64,000 nt of DNA from NCBI GenBank assembly GCA_965223845.1, contig CBDCXR010000004.1, positions 3,872,001 through 3,936,000 on the forward strand, given 5' to 3'. The position numbers and the translations under genes were made by a program. How positions within the stretch are numbered: position 1 is the first letter of the stretch; every line of letters starts with the position of its first letter. This stretch comes from Planctomycetota bacterium (GTDB lineage Bacteria > Planctomycetota > UBA8108 > SXIK01). Shown here in pieces: positions 30,046-39,057 of this stretch. The notes below the pieces were generated by a model. It did not search any database. It saw only the letters and a list, made by a program, of their open reading frames with translations, and had not been told where the DNA came from.

Positions 30046-31746
30046 CTACGCTCCTGGGAAGAGCATGAGAAGGATGACGATCTCGATGAGTCCGATGACG
30101 CTGATGATGAAGAGGAGCGGAGTCCAGGTGCACAGGGTCTCCTTCTCGGTGAATCCGCTCATCTTGCACACCACCCAGAAGCCGCTGTCGTTCATCCACG
30201 AGAGGAAGATCGAGCCGAATCCGACGGCGGCGAAGACGTAGATCATGTGACAGGGCGGCGCTCCGGTGATCATCTGCGCGACGATTCCCGACGTCGTGAT
30301 CATCGCGACGGTGCCCGAGCCTTGCGCGACCTTCATGACCGCAGCGATCGACCACGCGACGAGGACGAGCGTCATCGCCCCCATCGACTCGCCGCCCGCG
30401 AGCTGCTCGAGCGCCTCACCGATTCCCGTGCGCGAGAGCATCTTGCCGAACGATCCTCCCGCACTCGTGATGAGGATGATCAGTCCCGCGCTCGTCACGG
30501 CCGGCTCGAGCTTCTCCTTGAGCGCCCCGAGTGAGAGTCCGCTCTGCCGGACGAGCACCCACACGGCGGCGAACGTCGAAATGAGGAGCGCCACATTGGC
30601 GTTCCCGAGAAACGCGCTCGTGCGGAGGATCGACGGCGAAATGTCGTACTCGTAGCTCTCGACGAGCGTCTTCAGCACGGCGTGCCCAGTGATGAGGACG
30701 ACAGGCAGAAGGACCGGCAAAATCGCGACGAAGAAGCCGGGAAGCTGACTGTCATCGCGCTCGACGATTTCCTTGAGCGCCTCCGACGATGATCCCGGCA
30801 CGTCGCGCATGGGGAGATCGAGCTTCCGGTTGGCGATCATCGCAAAAGCGAGCCCTGCGGCCGCGGGGATGAGGCCGAGAAGGAATCCGAGCCCGATCGC
30901 GGTACCGAGATCGAGGCCGAGGGGCTCGAAGTAGTCGGCGACCATCACGTACGGCCCGGGCGTCGGAGGAACGAGAGAGTGCGTGATGACGCCGCCCGCG
31001 CAGGGCGCGAGGACATAGAGGAGATAGTTCTTCCCGACGCGCATTCGGAGTGCGCGAGCGAGAGGAACGAGCAGGTAGAAGACGGTATCGAAGAATACGG
31101 GGACGGAGAGGATATACCCGTTCGCCAGGAGGGCGATCGACGCGAGCCCCTGCCCGAGCAGCGCCATGAGCCGCCGAACGATGACATCGGCCGCACCGCT
31201 CTCGAGGAGACACTGCCCGATGATCGCCGCGAGCACGATGACGATCGCGATCTTTCCGGCGGTCCCGCCGAACTCCTTCGTTGCGAGCTCGACGGAGAGC
31301 AGAGCCTGACCGCGATCGTCCTTCGTCTCCTCCATCCACTCCGCCTCGACCTCAGCAGCGAGCGGTGCGAGGAGTCGATCGCGCTCTTCGGCGTCGATCT
31401 CGCCGTTCTCTGCGCGCGCACGGATCGCGGCCTCGCGAGCAGCGATCCGGCGCTTGATCTCGCCGTCACCGAGGGAGCGCCGCTGAATCTCCCAGGCACG
31501 ATTCTCGATCTCGGCCGCGAGCTCTTCGTCCGTCCAGCCGCGTTCCGCCTGGAGCGCGACGAGCTCGGCGCGGGCGGCGTCCATCTCCGCCGACAGTTCC
31601 TGCCGCTTTCCCGTCAGAAGGGGATTCGGCGAGAGCACGCCGACGAGGAGCGCCGCGAGAATCAGAGCGAGAAAGGGATGGATCTTCAGCCATCCGATCG
31701 CGAGCACGATGAACGCGACGCCTACCGCGAGAACGACGAATGTCAT
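30046..31746 (-). CDS. GntP family gluconate:H+ symporter-like permease with a large insert
   Basis: KIHPFLALILAA, ESGAAD, PVFFD, THSLVPPTPGP, ITSAGG, KVAQGSGTVAMIT and SWMNDSGFW motifs. Confidence 0.9.
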   Translation of the reverse strand: MTFVVLAVGVAFIVLAIGWLKIHPFLALILAALLVGVLSPNPLLTGKRQELSAEMDAARAELVALQAERGWTDEELAAEIENRAWEIQRRSLGDGEIKRRIAAREAAIRARAENGEIDAEERDRLLAPLAAEVEAEWMEETKDDRGQALLSVELATKEFGGTAGKIAIVIVLAAIIGQCLLESGAADVIVRRLMALLGQGLASIALLANGYILSVPVFFDTVFYLLVPLARALRMRVGKNYLLYVLAPCAGGVITHSLVPPTPGPYVMVADYFEPLGLDLGTAIGLGFLLGLIPAAAGLAFAMIANRKLDLPMRDVPGSSSEALKEIVERDDSQLPGFFVAILPVLLPVVLITGHAVLKTLVESYEYDISPSILRTSAFLGNANVALLISTFAAVWVLVRQSGLSLGALKEKLEPAVTSAGLIILITSAGGSFGKMLSRTGIGEALEQLAGGESMGAMTLVLVAWSIAAVMKVAQGSGTVAMITTSGIVAQMITGAPPCHMIYVFAAVGFGSIFLSWMNDSGFWVVCKMSGFTEKETLCTWTPLLFIISVIGLIEIVILLMLFPGA

Positions 31747-32451
31747 GACACCCTCAGGGCTCTAGAGATCTCATTCGAGGAGGCTTCCCGGAGCCTCCCC
31801 CACCCGCGAACTAGGATCGCGCCGGCTCCGCCGGCCCCACCCGCTCCCGTTCGTCGCACGTCTCGTCCTTTCGCTTGGTTCGACGCAGCCGCGCTCACCC
31901 TGTTCTTGGCGGCGATCGAGTTCCGTTGGCGAGGCGGCGAGTGTGAACCCGGTCGCCGGCAGGGGGACAAGACTACGGAAAGCCGCCGAAACTTGCGACG
32001 GTTCGGACCGGAACGGCGGGAAGGCGACGGCTGGGACGAGCCGCCTACGCACGGCCGCGATCCGCTTTTTTTCTACTGGCGGGTGGGTTGGGGGATCCCT
32101 AAACTGTCACGCTTCGTCGGGCGGCAGGCGGGCTGCGAGAGGGAAATACTCGGTTATGGTCCTCCCGCAGACTCGCGAGGGAACGCAGGCAACGTCGAAC
32201 CTCGTGGCGCCGCGACTTCTCGGCGTCCGGGGGGTTTCTTCCGATACGAGAAACCTCTCACCGGGGTGCGTCGCATCGAAGGATCATCAACCGCTGCACG
32301 CAGTCAGCGGAGATTGAGGAAGAGGAAAGCCGCGACGACGCAAGGTCGAGCCGTCGGGTCACCCCGAGGCGTCCGCCGTCAGATCTCCACTGCTCTCCAC
32401 CGCGTCGTCTTCGCTGCCGCCTAAGGGTTCGCAGGTTCCCGCTCGGTCGTT

Positions 32452-33390
32452 ATGCGCGTAAATTCCAGCCTGAACGAATCCGCGGTCGAGGTATTCGATC
32501 AGCTTTCGCCCCGCGCGGGTGAGCTCGGAGTTTCGCTTCACACAATCGGCGGTGCCCAGGTCATCGACGCCGGCATCCACGCGAAGGGCAGCACGGAGTG
32601 CGGCCTCCTCCTAGCGCAGATCAGTCTCGCCGGCCTCGCGACTCTCAGCGTCGACTCGAGCGCTCAACGGGACCGGGTCGTGGTCGAGACCGAACACCCG
32701 ATCGCCGCGTGTCTCGCGTCGCAATACGCGGGCTGGCAAATCGAGCACGGCGAGTACTTCGCGATGGGCTCGGGACCGATGCGGGCAGCTTACGGGCGCG
32801 AGAAGCTCTTCGACGTTATCGGTCATCGCGAGTCGGCCTCGCGTGTCGTCGGAGTCCTCGAAGCGCAGGAGCTGCCGAGCGTCGACACGGTCGAGTGGAT
32901 CGCTGAGCAGACGAGAGTGACCCCGGAGAATGTGCGTCTCGTCGTCGCTCGAACGAACAGCCTCGCGGGCATCATCCAAGTGGTGGCTCGATCAGTCGAG
33001 ACGGCTCTTCACAAACTCCACACATTGGGATTCGATCTCGAACGCGTCGTCAGCGGACGGGGTTCGGCTCCGATCCCGCCGGTGGCACGGAATCGCTCCG
33101 AGGCGATCGGCCGGACGAACGACGCGATCCTCTACGGCTCGTCGGTCACCTTGTCCGTTCGCGGCGACGACGCGTCGATCGAGGAAATCGCCCCGCGTGT
33201 GCCGTCGTCGGCGTCGCGCGACTACGGCACGCGGTTCGAGACGATCCTCGCACGCTACGAGAACTTCTACGACATCGACCCGATGCTCTTTAGCCCGGCG
33301 CGCATCACGTTTCGGAACGTAGAGACGGGCAGCGATCTCACGGCGGGAGAGCTCGCCGACGACATCCTCGCCCAGTCGTTTTCGAGCTGA
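32452..33390 (+). CDS. mch: Methenyltetrahydromethanopterin cyclohydrolase
   Basis: IDAG, ACLASQYAGW, AMGSGPMRA, QVVARSVETALHK, GRTNDAILYG, PSSASRDYG and FYDIDPMLFSPA motifs. Confidence 0.95.
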   Translation: MRVNSSLNESAVEVFDQLSPRAGELGVSLHTIGGAQVIDAGIHAKGSTECGLLLAQISLAGLATLSVDSSAQRDRVVVETEHPIAACLASQYAGWQIEHGEYFAMGSGPMRAAYGREKLFDVIGHRESASRVVGVLEAQELPSVDTVEWIAEQTRVTPENVRLVVARTNSLAGIIQVVARSVETALHKLHTLGFDLERVVSGRGSAPIPPVARNRSEAIGRTNDAILYGSSVTLSVRGDDASIEEIAPRVPSSASRDYGTRFETILARYENFYDIDPMLFSPARITFRNVETGSDLTAGELADDILAQSFSS

Positions 33391-33447
33391 ATCGCCCCGG
33401 CGGGGGGCGACTCGCTTTCGATCCCGCCCCCGTGCGATCTCAGGCGC

Positions 33448-34479
33448 ATGGACTTCTCTCGCCAGAACAGGCCTCCTCTACCGAGACTCGGCGTGGTGTT
33501 CGGCGGCTCGAACTTGGAGCCCGGATGGCACGTCGCCGATCTCGCGCGCGCGGCACGCGAGGCGGGAGTCGAGCTTTGCTTCGCGAGCTTCGAAGAGCTG
33601 ACGGCCCGGGTCGGCTCGGGTGCTTTCGGGGAGAGCTCCGCCGGGTCCTCGGCGGGCGACCTCGATCTGGGCGAGCTCGATGCCCTCATCGTCCGAACGA
33701 TGCCGCGAGGCTCGCTCGAGCAGATCATTTTTCGCATGGACGTTCTCCACCAGCTCGAGGCGCGCGGAATCGCGATCATCAACCGTCCGCGTGCGCTCGA
33801 GACCGCGATCGACAAATACCTCGCGCTCGCCCGCCTCGACGCGGCTGGGCTCCCGCTGCCGCCGACGCGGATCGCGCAAAACAGCGCGGCGACGGCGCGC
33901 TGGTTCGTGGAGCTCGGACGCGACGTCGTCTTCAAGCCGCTCTTCGGCTCGGAGGGTCGGGGCCAGGTGCGGGTGACCGACGAAGGTGAGGCGGAGCGCG
34001 TCGCGCGCGAAATCGAGTCGACCGGTGCGGTCGTCTATCTCCAGCGTTTCATCGACCACGGCGGGAGCGATCTCCGCATCTTCGTCTGCGACGGTGCGGT
34101 GATCGGCGCGATGCGCCGTTCGACGCGTGACTCGTGGCGCACCAACGTCGCCTGCGGCGGCAACGCGGAACCCGCGTCGATCTCAAGGGAACTGGCCGAG
34201 CTCGCCCTCGCCGCGGCGCGCTCCGTCGGCACGGAGATCGCCGGCGTCGACATCATCGAAGACGAGGACGGCCATCCTTGGATTCTCGAAGTGAACGGCG
34301 TGCCCGGGTGGCGCGCGCTCGCGGCGGTGTGCAAGCTCGACGTCGCGCGCGAAATCGTTCGCTACGCGCTCGCGCGTGGCCGGGGGTCGCGCGCCGGGCG
34401 CTCGAGCCCGCGCGACCGGGGCCCCCTCGACTCCGTCGAGCTCAGACCAGCGCCGGCGGAGGAACGGGCGAGTCGATGA
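33448..34479 (+). CDS. RimK-family alpha-L-glutamate ligase (Orf5/MptN-like)
   Basis: GSLEQIIFRMDVL, KPLFGSEGRG, DLRIFV, WRTNVACGG and LEVNGVPGW motifs; follows mch. Confidence 0.88.
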   Translation: MDFSRQNRPPLPRLGVVFGGSNLEPGWHVADLARAAREAGVELCFASFEELTARVGSGAFGESSAGSSAGDLDLGELDALIVRTMPRGSLEQIIFRMDVLHQLEARGIAIINRPRALETAIDKYLALARLDAAGLPLPPTRIAQNSAATARWFVELGRDVVFKPLFGSEGRGQVRVTDEGEAERVAREIESTGAVVYLQRFIDHGGSDLRIFVCDGAVIGAMRRSTRDSWRTNVACGGNAEPASISRELAELALAAARSVGTEIAGVDIIEDEDGHPWILEVNGVPGWRALAAVCKLDVAREIVRYALARGRGSRAGRSSPRDRGPLDSVELRPAPAEERASR

Positions 34480-35363
34480 ACACCGCTCCGACCGACCGGG
34501 CAGAACAAGTTGCCGCGTGGGTCGAAGCGGCCTGCATCCTCGAAGTGAGTGTTCCGAAGCTCGGAAACGTTCACCCCGGCGCTTCGTTCCGCGATGTCTC
34601 CTTCGACGATTTCGTCGCGAGCGCTCGCGCGATCCGGCCGGCGTTCGAGCGCGCCGAGGAATCGTCCATCGGCCGCATCGTTCTCTCCGCGGCCCGAGCG
34701 ACCGCCGAGGTCGTCCAAACGAATACGAACCTCGGCATGATTCTCCTCTTGGCTCCCCTCGCGAAATGGGCGCTCGGCGGAAGCGAACGGCTCTCTGCCG
34801 ATAGCCGAGGAATCGAGGCCGAGCGCGGCCGGCTGCGAGACCTTCTCGCGGCGACGACGCTGGAGGACGCCGAACTCGTCTACGAGGCGATCCGTCTCGC
34901 GCGACCGGGCGGGCTCGGTCGCGTGGAAGAAGGAGACGTTCGTTCGGCGCCCACCTCGACGCTTCGGGAAGCGATGGTCCTCGCTGCCGATCGCGATCTC
35001 GTGGCGCAGCAGTACACGAACTCCTTCGAAGAAGTGCTCGATCCCGGATATCGAGCAATCCAAGAGGCGCTCGGGCGCGGCTGGTCGCGCGAACTCGCCG
35101 TCGCCTACTCTCACACTCGGCTTCTCGCCGCGTTCCCGGATTCTCTCATCGCGCGAAAGCGCGGCGCGGACGTCGCCGCCGAGGCGTCGCGACGCGCGGC
35201 GGGCGTCATCGCCGCCGGCTGGCCGATGTCCGCAGCCGCCAGACACGAGTGGAGCGAAACCGACGCTTGGCTGCGCGAAGACGGTCACGCTCGCAATCCC
35301 GGCGCGACGGCCGACCTGACCGCGGCCTCCTTGTTTCTCGCGATGTGGACGGGCATACTCTAG
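34476..35363 (+). CDS. CitG-like triphosphoribosyl-dephospho-CoA synthase family protein (Orf7)
   Basis: ACILEVSVPKLGNVH, NTNLGMILLLAP, PDSLIARKRG and NPGATADL motifs; ATGA overlap with orf5. Confidence 0.88.
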   Translation: MNTAPTDRAEQVAAWVEAACILEVSVPKLGNVHPGASFRDVSFDDFVASARAIRPAFERAEESSIGRIVLSAARATAEVVQTNTNLGMILLLAPLAKWALGGSERLSADSRGIEAERGRLRDLLAATTLEDAELVYEAIRLARPGGLGRVEEGDVRSAPTSTLREAMVLAADRDLVAQQYTNSFEEVLDPGYRAIQEALGRGWSRELAVAYSHTRLLAAFPDSLIARKRGADVAAEASRRAAGVIAAGWPMSAAARHEWSETDAWLREDGHARNPGATADLTAASLFLAMWTGIL

Positions 35364-35694
35364 CCGCCTGCTGAAAAGTGCTTCGAGTCGAGAACCGGCT
35401 CGTTCGCGTTCGGGTCGGCCGCGGCAAACGCCGGCAATCTCCGTGATTCTCGAGAGTTGACGCGGCTCATCTCGGCGTAGACGCGCTGCGCTCTCGGCCG
35501 AAACGAGTTTTCTTGGGCGGGCTGCGAGCCCGAGTTCCGTCGCCGGAGTCTCTCCTCCGAGAGACCGCCATCACAACTCGCCCGCGGCTTCCAAATCCGC
35601 CTGAGACGAGCCGTTCGCTCTCGTACACTCACTCCGCTCGACGCGCGAGTGGGATGCGCAGCGTTCGCACCGCCCTTCAATCGCTGAGTTCGGG

Positions 35695-36216
35695 ATGGAC
35701 CGTTACCGCATCCGCGTCAGCAAAGACTACCTGTCCTTCTGCTCGGCGCACTTCATCATCTTCAACGAGACGCAGTGCGAACGTCTCCACGGCCACAACT
35801 ATCGCGTGGAGGCCGAGCTCGAAGGCACGCTGGATCAAGATCTACTCGTCTTCGATTTCATCGAGCTGAAGCTGATCCTAAAGTCGATCTGCGAAGAGCT
35901 CGACCACCGCGTGCTCGTTCCGGTTGAAAGCCGGACGCTCGACGTCGATGTCGGCGAGGCCCGCGTTGCGATGCGCTACGAGGACCGCGAGTGGGTCTTC
36001 CCGCGCGGCGACTGCGCCCTCCTCCCGATCGAAAACACGACTGCCGAGCTGCTCGCGCGCTGGTTCGCCCGCCGACTGCGGGACGCTTTGAAATCGCGGT
36101 TGCAAGGGAAGGTTGGGAAGCAATCCTTCGGGTTCCTCCGCGTCGAGCTCTTCGAGTCGCCCGGGCAGTCGGCCGAGTTTCGGCTCGAGAACTGGCTCGA
36201 CGCCGAAGAGCGCTGA
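35695..36216 (+). CDS. 6-pyruvoyl-tetrahydropterin synthase family protein (PTPS-I/III-type motif)
   Basis: FCSAHF, CERLHGHNY, LDHRVL, NTTAELLA and VELFES motifs. Confidence 0.88.
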   Translation: MDRYRIRVSKDYLSFCSAHFIIFNETQCERLHGHNYRVEAELEGTLDQDLLVFDFIELKLILKSICEELDHRVLVPVESRTLDVDVGEARVAMRYEDREWVFPRGDCALLPIENTTAELLARWFARRLRDALKSRLQGKVGKQSFGFLRVELFESPGQSAEFRLENWLDAEER

Positions 36217-36258
36217 GCGCATTGGCGGCGAGCGCAGCGGCAGATCGAGAGCGCTTCC

Positions 36259-37041
36259 ATGAGTGAATCCGACGGAGCCGCTCGCCACGCTTCGCTCGAA
36301 AACCTCACCGCTCTCGTCACCGGTTCGTCGAGTGGGATCGGTCGCGCGATCGCCGCCGAGTTCGCCGCGGCGGGCGCGCGCGTCATCCTGCACGCGAATC
36401 GCTCGGTCGCCGCGGCGCACGAGCTCGCCCGCGAGCTCGTGCGAACCACCGGAACCACGGCGCCCGTGATTCAAGCCGACCTCTCGGACTCGGCGGCGAC
36501 GACCTGTCTCGTCGAGGAAGCCTACGCGATCGCGCCAGACATCGATGTTTGGGTGAACAACGCCGGGGCGGACGTCCTCACGACGGACCTCGCTAAGGCC
36601 GAGTTCTCAGCGAAGCTCGAGCGCCTTTGGGACGTGGACGTCCGCGCGACGATCGCCCTCACGCGCGCCGTGGCCGAACGCATGCGCGCGCGGGGGAGCG
36701 GCGTCATCCTGAACATGGGCTGGGACCAGGCCGAACGCGGAATGGAAGGCGAGAGCGGGGAGCTCTTCGGCGCGACGAAGGGCGCAATCATGTGTTTTAC
36801 GAGAAGCGCTGCGCTCTCGTTCGCACCGGAAGTGCGCATCAACTGTCTCGCCCCGGGATGGATTCGGACGGCTTGGGGGGAATCGGCCGACGACTATTGG
36901 CAGAAGCGCGTCGTCGAGGAAACTCCGCTCGCGCGCTGGGGAACACCAAACGATGTCGCCTCGGCCGCGCGCTTTCTCGCGTCGCCCGACGCGAGCTATA
37001 TCACGGGACAAATCGTGCGGGTGAACGGCGGATGTACCTAG
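36259..37041 (+). CDS. Atypical short-chain dehydrogenase/reductase
   Basis: TGSSSGIG, VNNAG, NMGWDQA, FGATKG (FxxxK), NCLAPGWIRT and VNGG motifs. Confidence 0.88.
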   Translation: MSESDGAARHASLENLTALVTGSSSGIGRAIAAEFAAAGARVILHANRSVAAAHELARELVRTTGTTAPVIQADLSDSAATTCLVEEAYAIAPDIDVWVNNAGADVLTTDLAKAEFSAKLERLWDVDVRATIALTRAVAERMRARGSGVILNMGWDQAERGMEGESGELFGATKGAIMCFTRSAALSFAPEVRINCLAPGWIRTAWGESADDYWQKRVVEETPLARWGTPNDVASAARFLASPDASYITGQIVRVNGGCT

Positions 37042-37306
37042 GCGACGAAGACGGGCGGGAAGGCGAGAGAGAAGAGAGGCGATGCTCTGACGGCGGTGGC
37101 CCGAGCTCGGCGCCGCGGTGAAGCCGTCATCCTCCGAAGTGCTCTTCCCGATCCATTCGTGGGCCATCTCTCTTCAAGCCCGCGATCCGCCGAGCGCTCC
37201 CCGGGCGCGGATCGCCCTTGCCCCCGTTCGGAGGATCCGCGAAGCTGAGGCATCCGAGCGGGTTTCGACGAACGGACTCGCCGCTTAGCGACCGAAGGAG
37301 ACGGCC

Positions 37307-37651
37307 GTGGCCAAGGACGAAGTGTACTCCGAAGAAGAGATCTCCCGCGAGCTCGGCGACCTCCCCCAGTGGGAGTTTCGCGACGGCTGGATTCGACGCA
37401 CGTTCGCGACGCCGGGATGGCCGCACACGCTCATGCTCGTCGGCGCGATCGGCTACCGCGCGGAGGCCGGATTCCATCACCCCGATCTGAACGTCGGTTG
37501 GGCTCAGGTCGTCGTCAAGCTCCAGACGCACAGCGCCGGCGGCGTGACCGCCAAAGACTTCGCGCTCGCACGCGAGATCGAGGCCATCGCGACGTGGCTC
37601 CCCGCCGACGAGAGCGCTCTCGAGGGTTTTCCCAAGAAGTGGGTACGTTAG
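37307..37651 (+). CDS. phhB: Pterin-4-alpha-carbinolamine dehydratase
   Basis: AEAGFHHPDL and LQTHSAGGVTAKDFALA motifs; GGAG RBS. Confidence 0.88.
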   Translation: MAKDEVYSEEEISRELGDLPQWEFRDGWIRRTFATPGWPHTLMLVGAIGYRAEAGFHHPDLNVGWAQVVVKLQTHSAGGVTAKDFALAREIEAIATWLPADESALEGFPKKWVR

Positions 37652-39057
37652 AGGGCGGCGAGGGGGGCTGCATCGCGTTCGTCACCGGCACGCTCGCCGC
37701 CCCGCTCCTCGAATCGATTCTCGGCGACCTCTCGGAGGAGGTGGGCTTCGAGTACGAGATCGTTCGTCTCCGCATCGATGTCGCCGCGCTGATGACGACC
37801 GAGTGGATCGCACGGCGTCTCGAGCTCTCCGAACGCGTCGAGCGCGTCCTCATCCCGGGGTATGTGCGCGGGGATGTCGAACGACTGACCCACCGGATCG
37901 GAAGGCCGGTCGAGCGCGGACCAAAGGATCTCCGCGCGCTTCCCGAGCACTTCGGCCGGGGGACGGCGCGGACCGGAGGCTACGGGTCGTACTCGATCGA
38001 GATCCTAGCCGAAATCAATCACGTTCCCGATTTGTCGGAGCGTGAGCTCCTCGCCGAGGCGCGGCGTTTCGCCGAGCAGGGCGCGGACGTGATCGACCTT
38101 GGCTGCAATCCGGGTGAGCCGTTCGCAGAGATTCGCTCGCGTGTCGAGCTCCTTCGAGCGGAAGGCCTGCGCGTTTCGATCGACAGCCTACACGAAGATG
38201 AGATCCGCGCCGCGGTCGCCGGCGGAGCGGAGCTCGTCCTGAGCGTCAACCGATCGAACCTCGAGGTGGCGCGGGATCTCGGCGCGGAAGTCGTCATCAT
38301 ACCGGATCGTCCGTCGGCTCCGGACGCGCTCGATCAGATCGCGGAAACTGCCTCGTCGCTAGACGCCTGGGGAGTCGAGTATCGACTCGATCCCGTGCTC
38401 GAGCCGATCGGTTTCGGCTTTGCGGCATCGCTCGGACGCTACGTCGCCGTACGCGAGCGCTTCCCCACCGCGGCCGTGATGATGGGGATCGGGAATCTCA
38501 CCGAGCTCACCGATGCCGACAGCGCACCGATCAATCTGCTGCTCGCCGGGTTCTGCGAAGAGCTCCAGATCGCGAGCGTTCTCACGACCGGGGTCATCCA
38601 CTGGGCGACCGACAGCGTCCGCGAGATCGATCTCGCTCGTCGGCTCGTGCGCTACGCCGTAGAGAATTCCGCGCTGCCGAAACACGTCGAGCCGCGCCTC
38701 CATCTCGTTCGCGACGCGACCCACCGCGAACCCGATCCGGCGGAACTCAGTGAGCTCGCGCAGCGCATTCGCGATCGTAACTTTCGCCTCTACGTCGCCG
38801 GAGGCGAGCTCCACGCTCTGAGCGCGGGGCGCCACCTGCACGACGCGGATGCGTTCGAGCTCTTCCGTAGACTGGACGTCTCGGATCCGTCGCACGCGTT
38901 TTATCTCGGTTACGAGCTCGCGAAGGCGACGACGGCGCTCACCCTCGGGAAGAACTACGTCCAAGACGAAGCCCTAAGCTGGGGCTTCCTCACACGCCCG
39001 GAGGAGAGCCATCTCGACCGAAATCGATCCGGCCGAGGCGAGGCGGAGGAACGATGA
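37639..39057 (+). CDS. Dihydropteroate-synthase-like protein with DUF6513 N-terminus (Orf20, dihydromethanopterin synthase-like)
   Basis: FVTGTLA, VAALMT, GPKDLRALP, GADVIDLGC, DPVLEPIGFGF, GNLTELTDADS and HAFYLGYEL motifs. Confidence 0.88.
   Translation: MGTLEGGEGGCIAFVTGTLAAPLLESILGDLSEEVGFEYEIVRLRIDVAALMTTEWIARRLELSERVERVLIPGYVRGDVERLTHRIGRPVERGPKDLRALPEHFGRGTARTGGYGSYSIEILAEINHVPDLSERELLAEARRFAEQGADVIDLGCNPGEPFAEIRSRVELLRAEGLRVSIDSLHEDEIRAAVAGGAELVLSVNRSNLEVARDLGAEVVIIPDRPSAPDALDQIAETASSLDAWGVEYRLDPVLEPIGFGFAASLGRYVAVRERFPTAAVMMGIGNLTELTDADSAPINLLLAGFCEELQIASVLTTGVIHWATDSVREIDLARRLVRYAVENSALPKHVEPRLHLVRDATHREPDPAELSELAQRIRDRNFRLYVAGGELHALSAGRHLHDADAFELFRRLDVSDPSHAFYLGYELAKATTALTLGKNYVQDEALSWGFLTRPEESHLDRNRSGRGEAEER

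Noticed and set aside
32074-32100. ACTGGCG...GTGGG resembling the start of a ZTP (pfl) riboswitch
   Set aside because: The pairing CCAC/GGGAGC segment and the 3' GCCTGGGC element are absent.
30979-32424. 481-aa plus-strand ORF running into the mch upstream region
   Set aside because: Mostly antisense to the GntP gene; no RBS or motifs.
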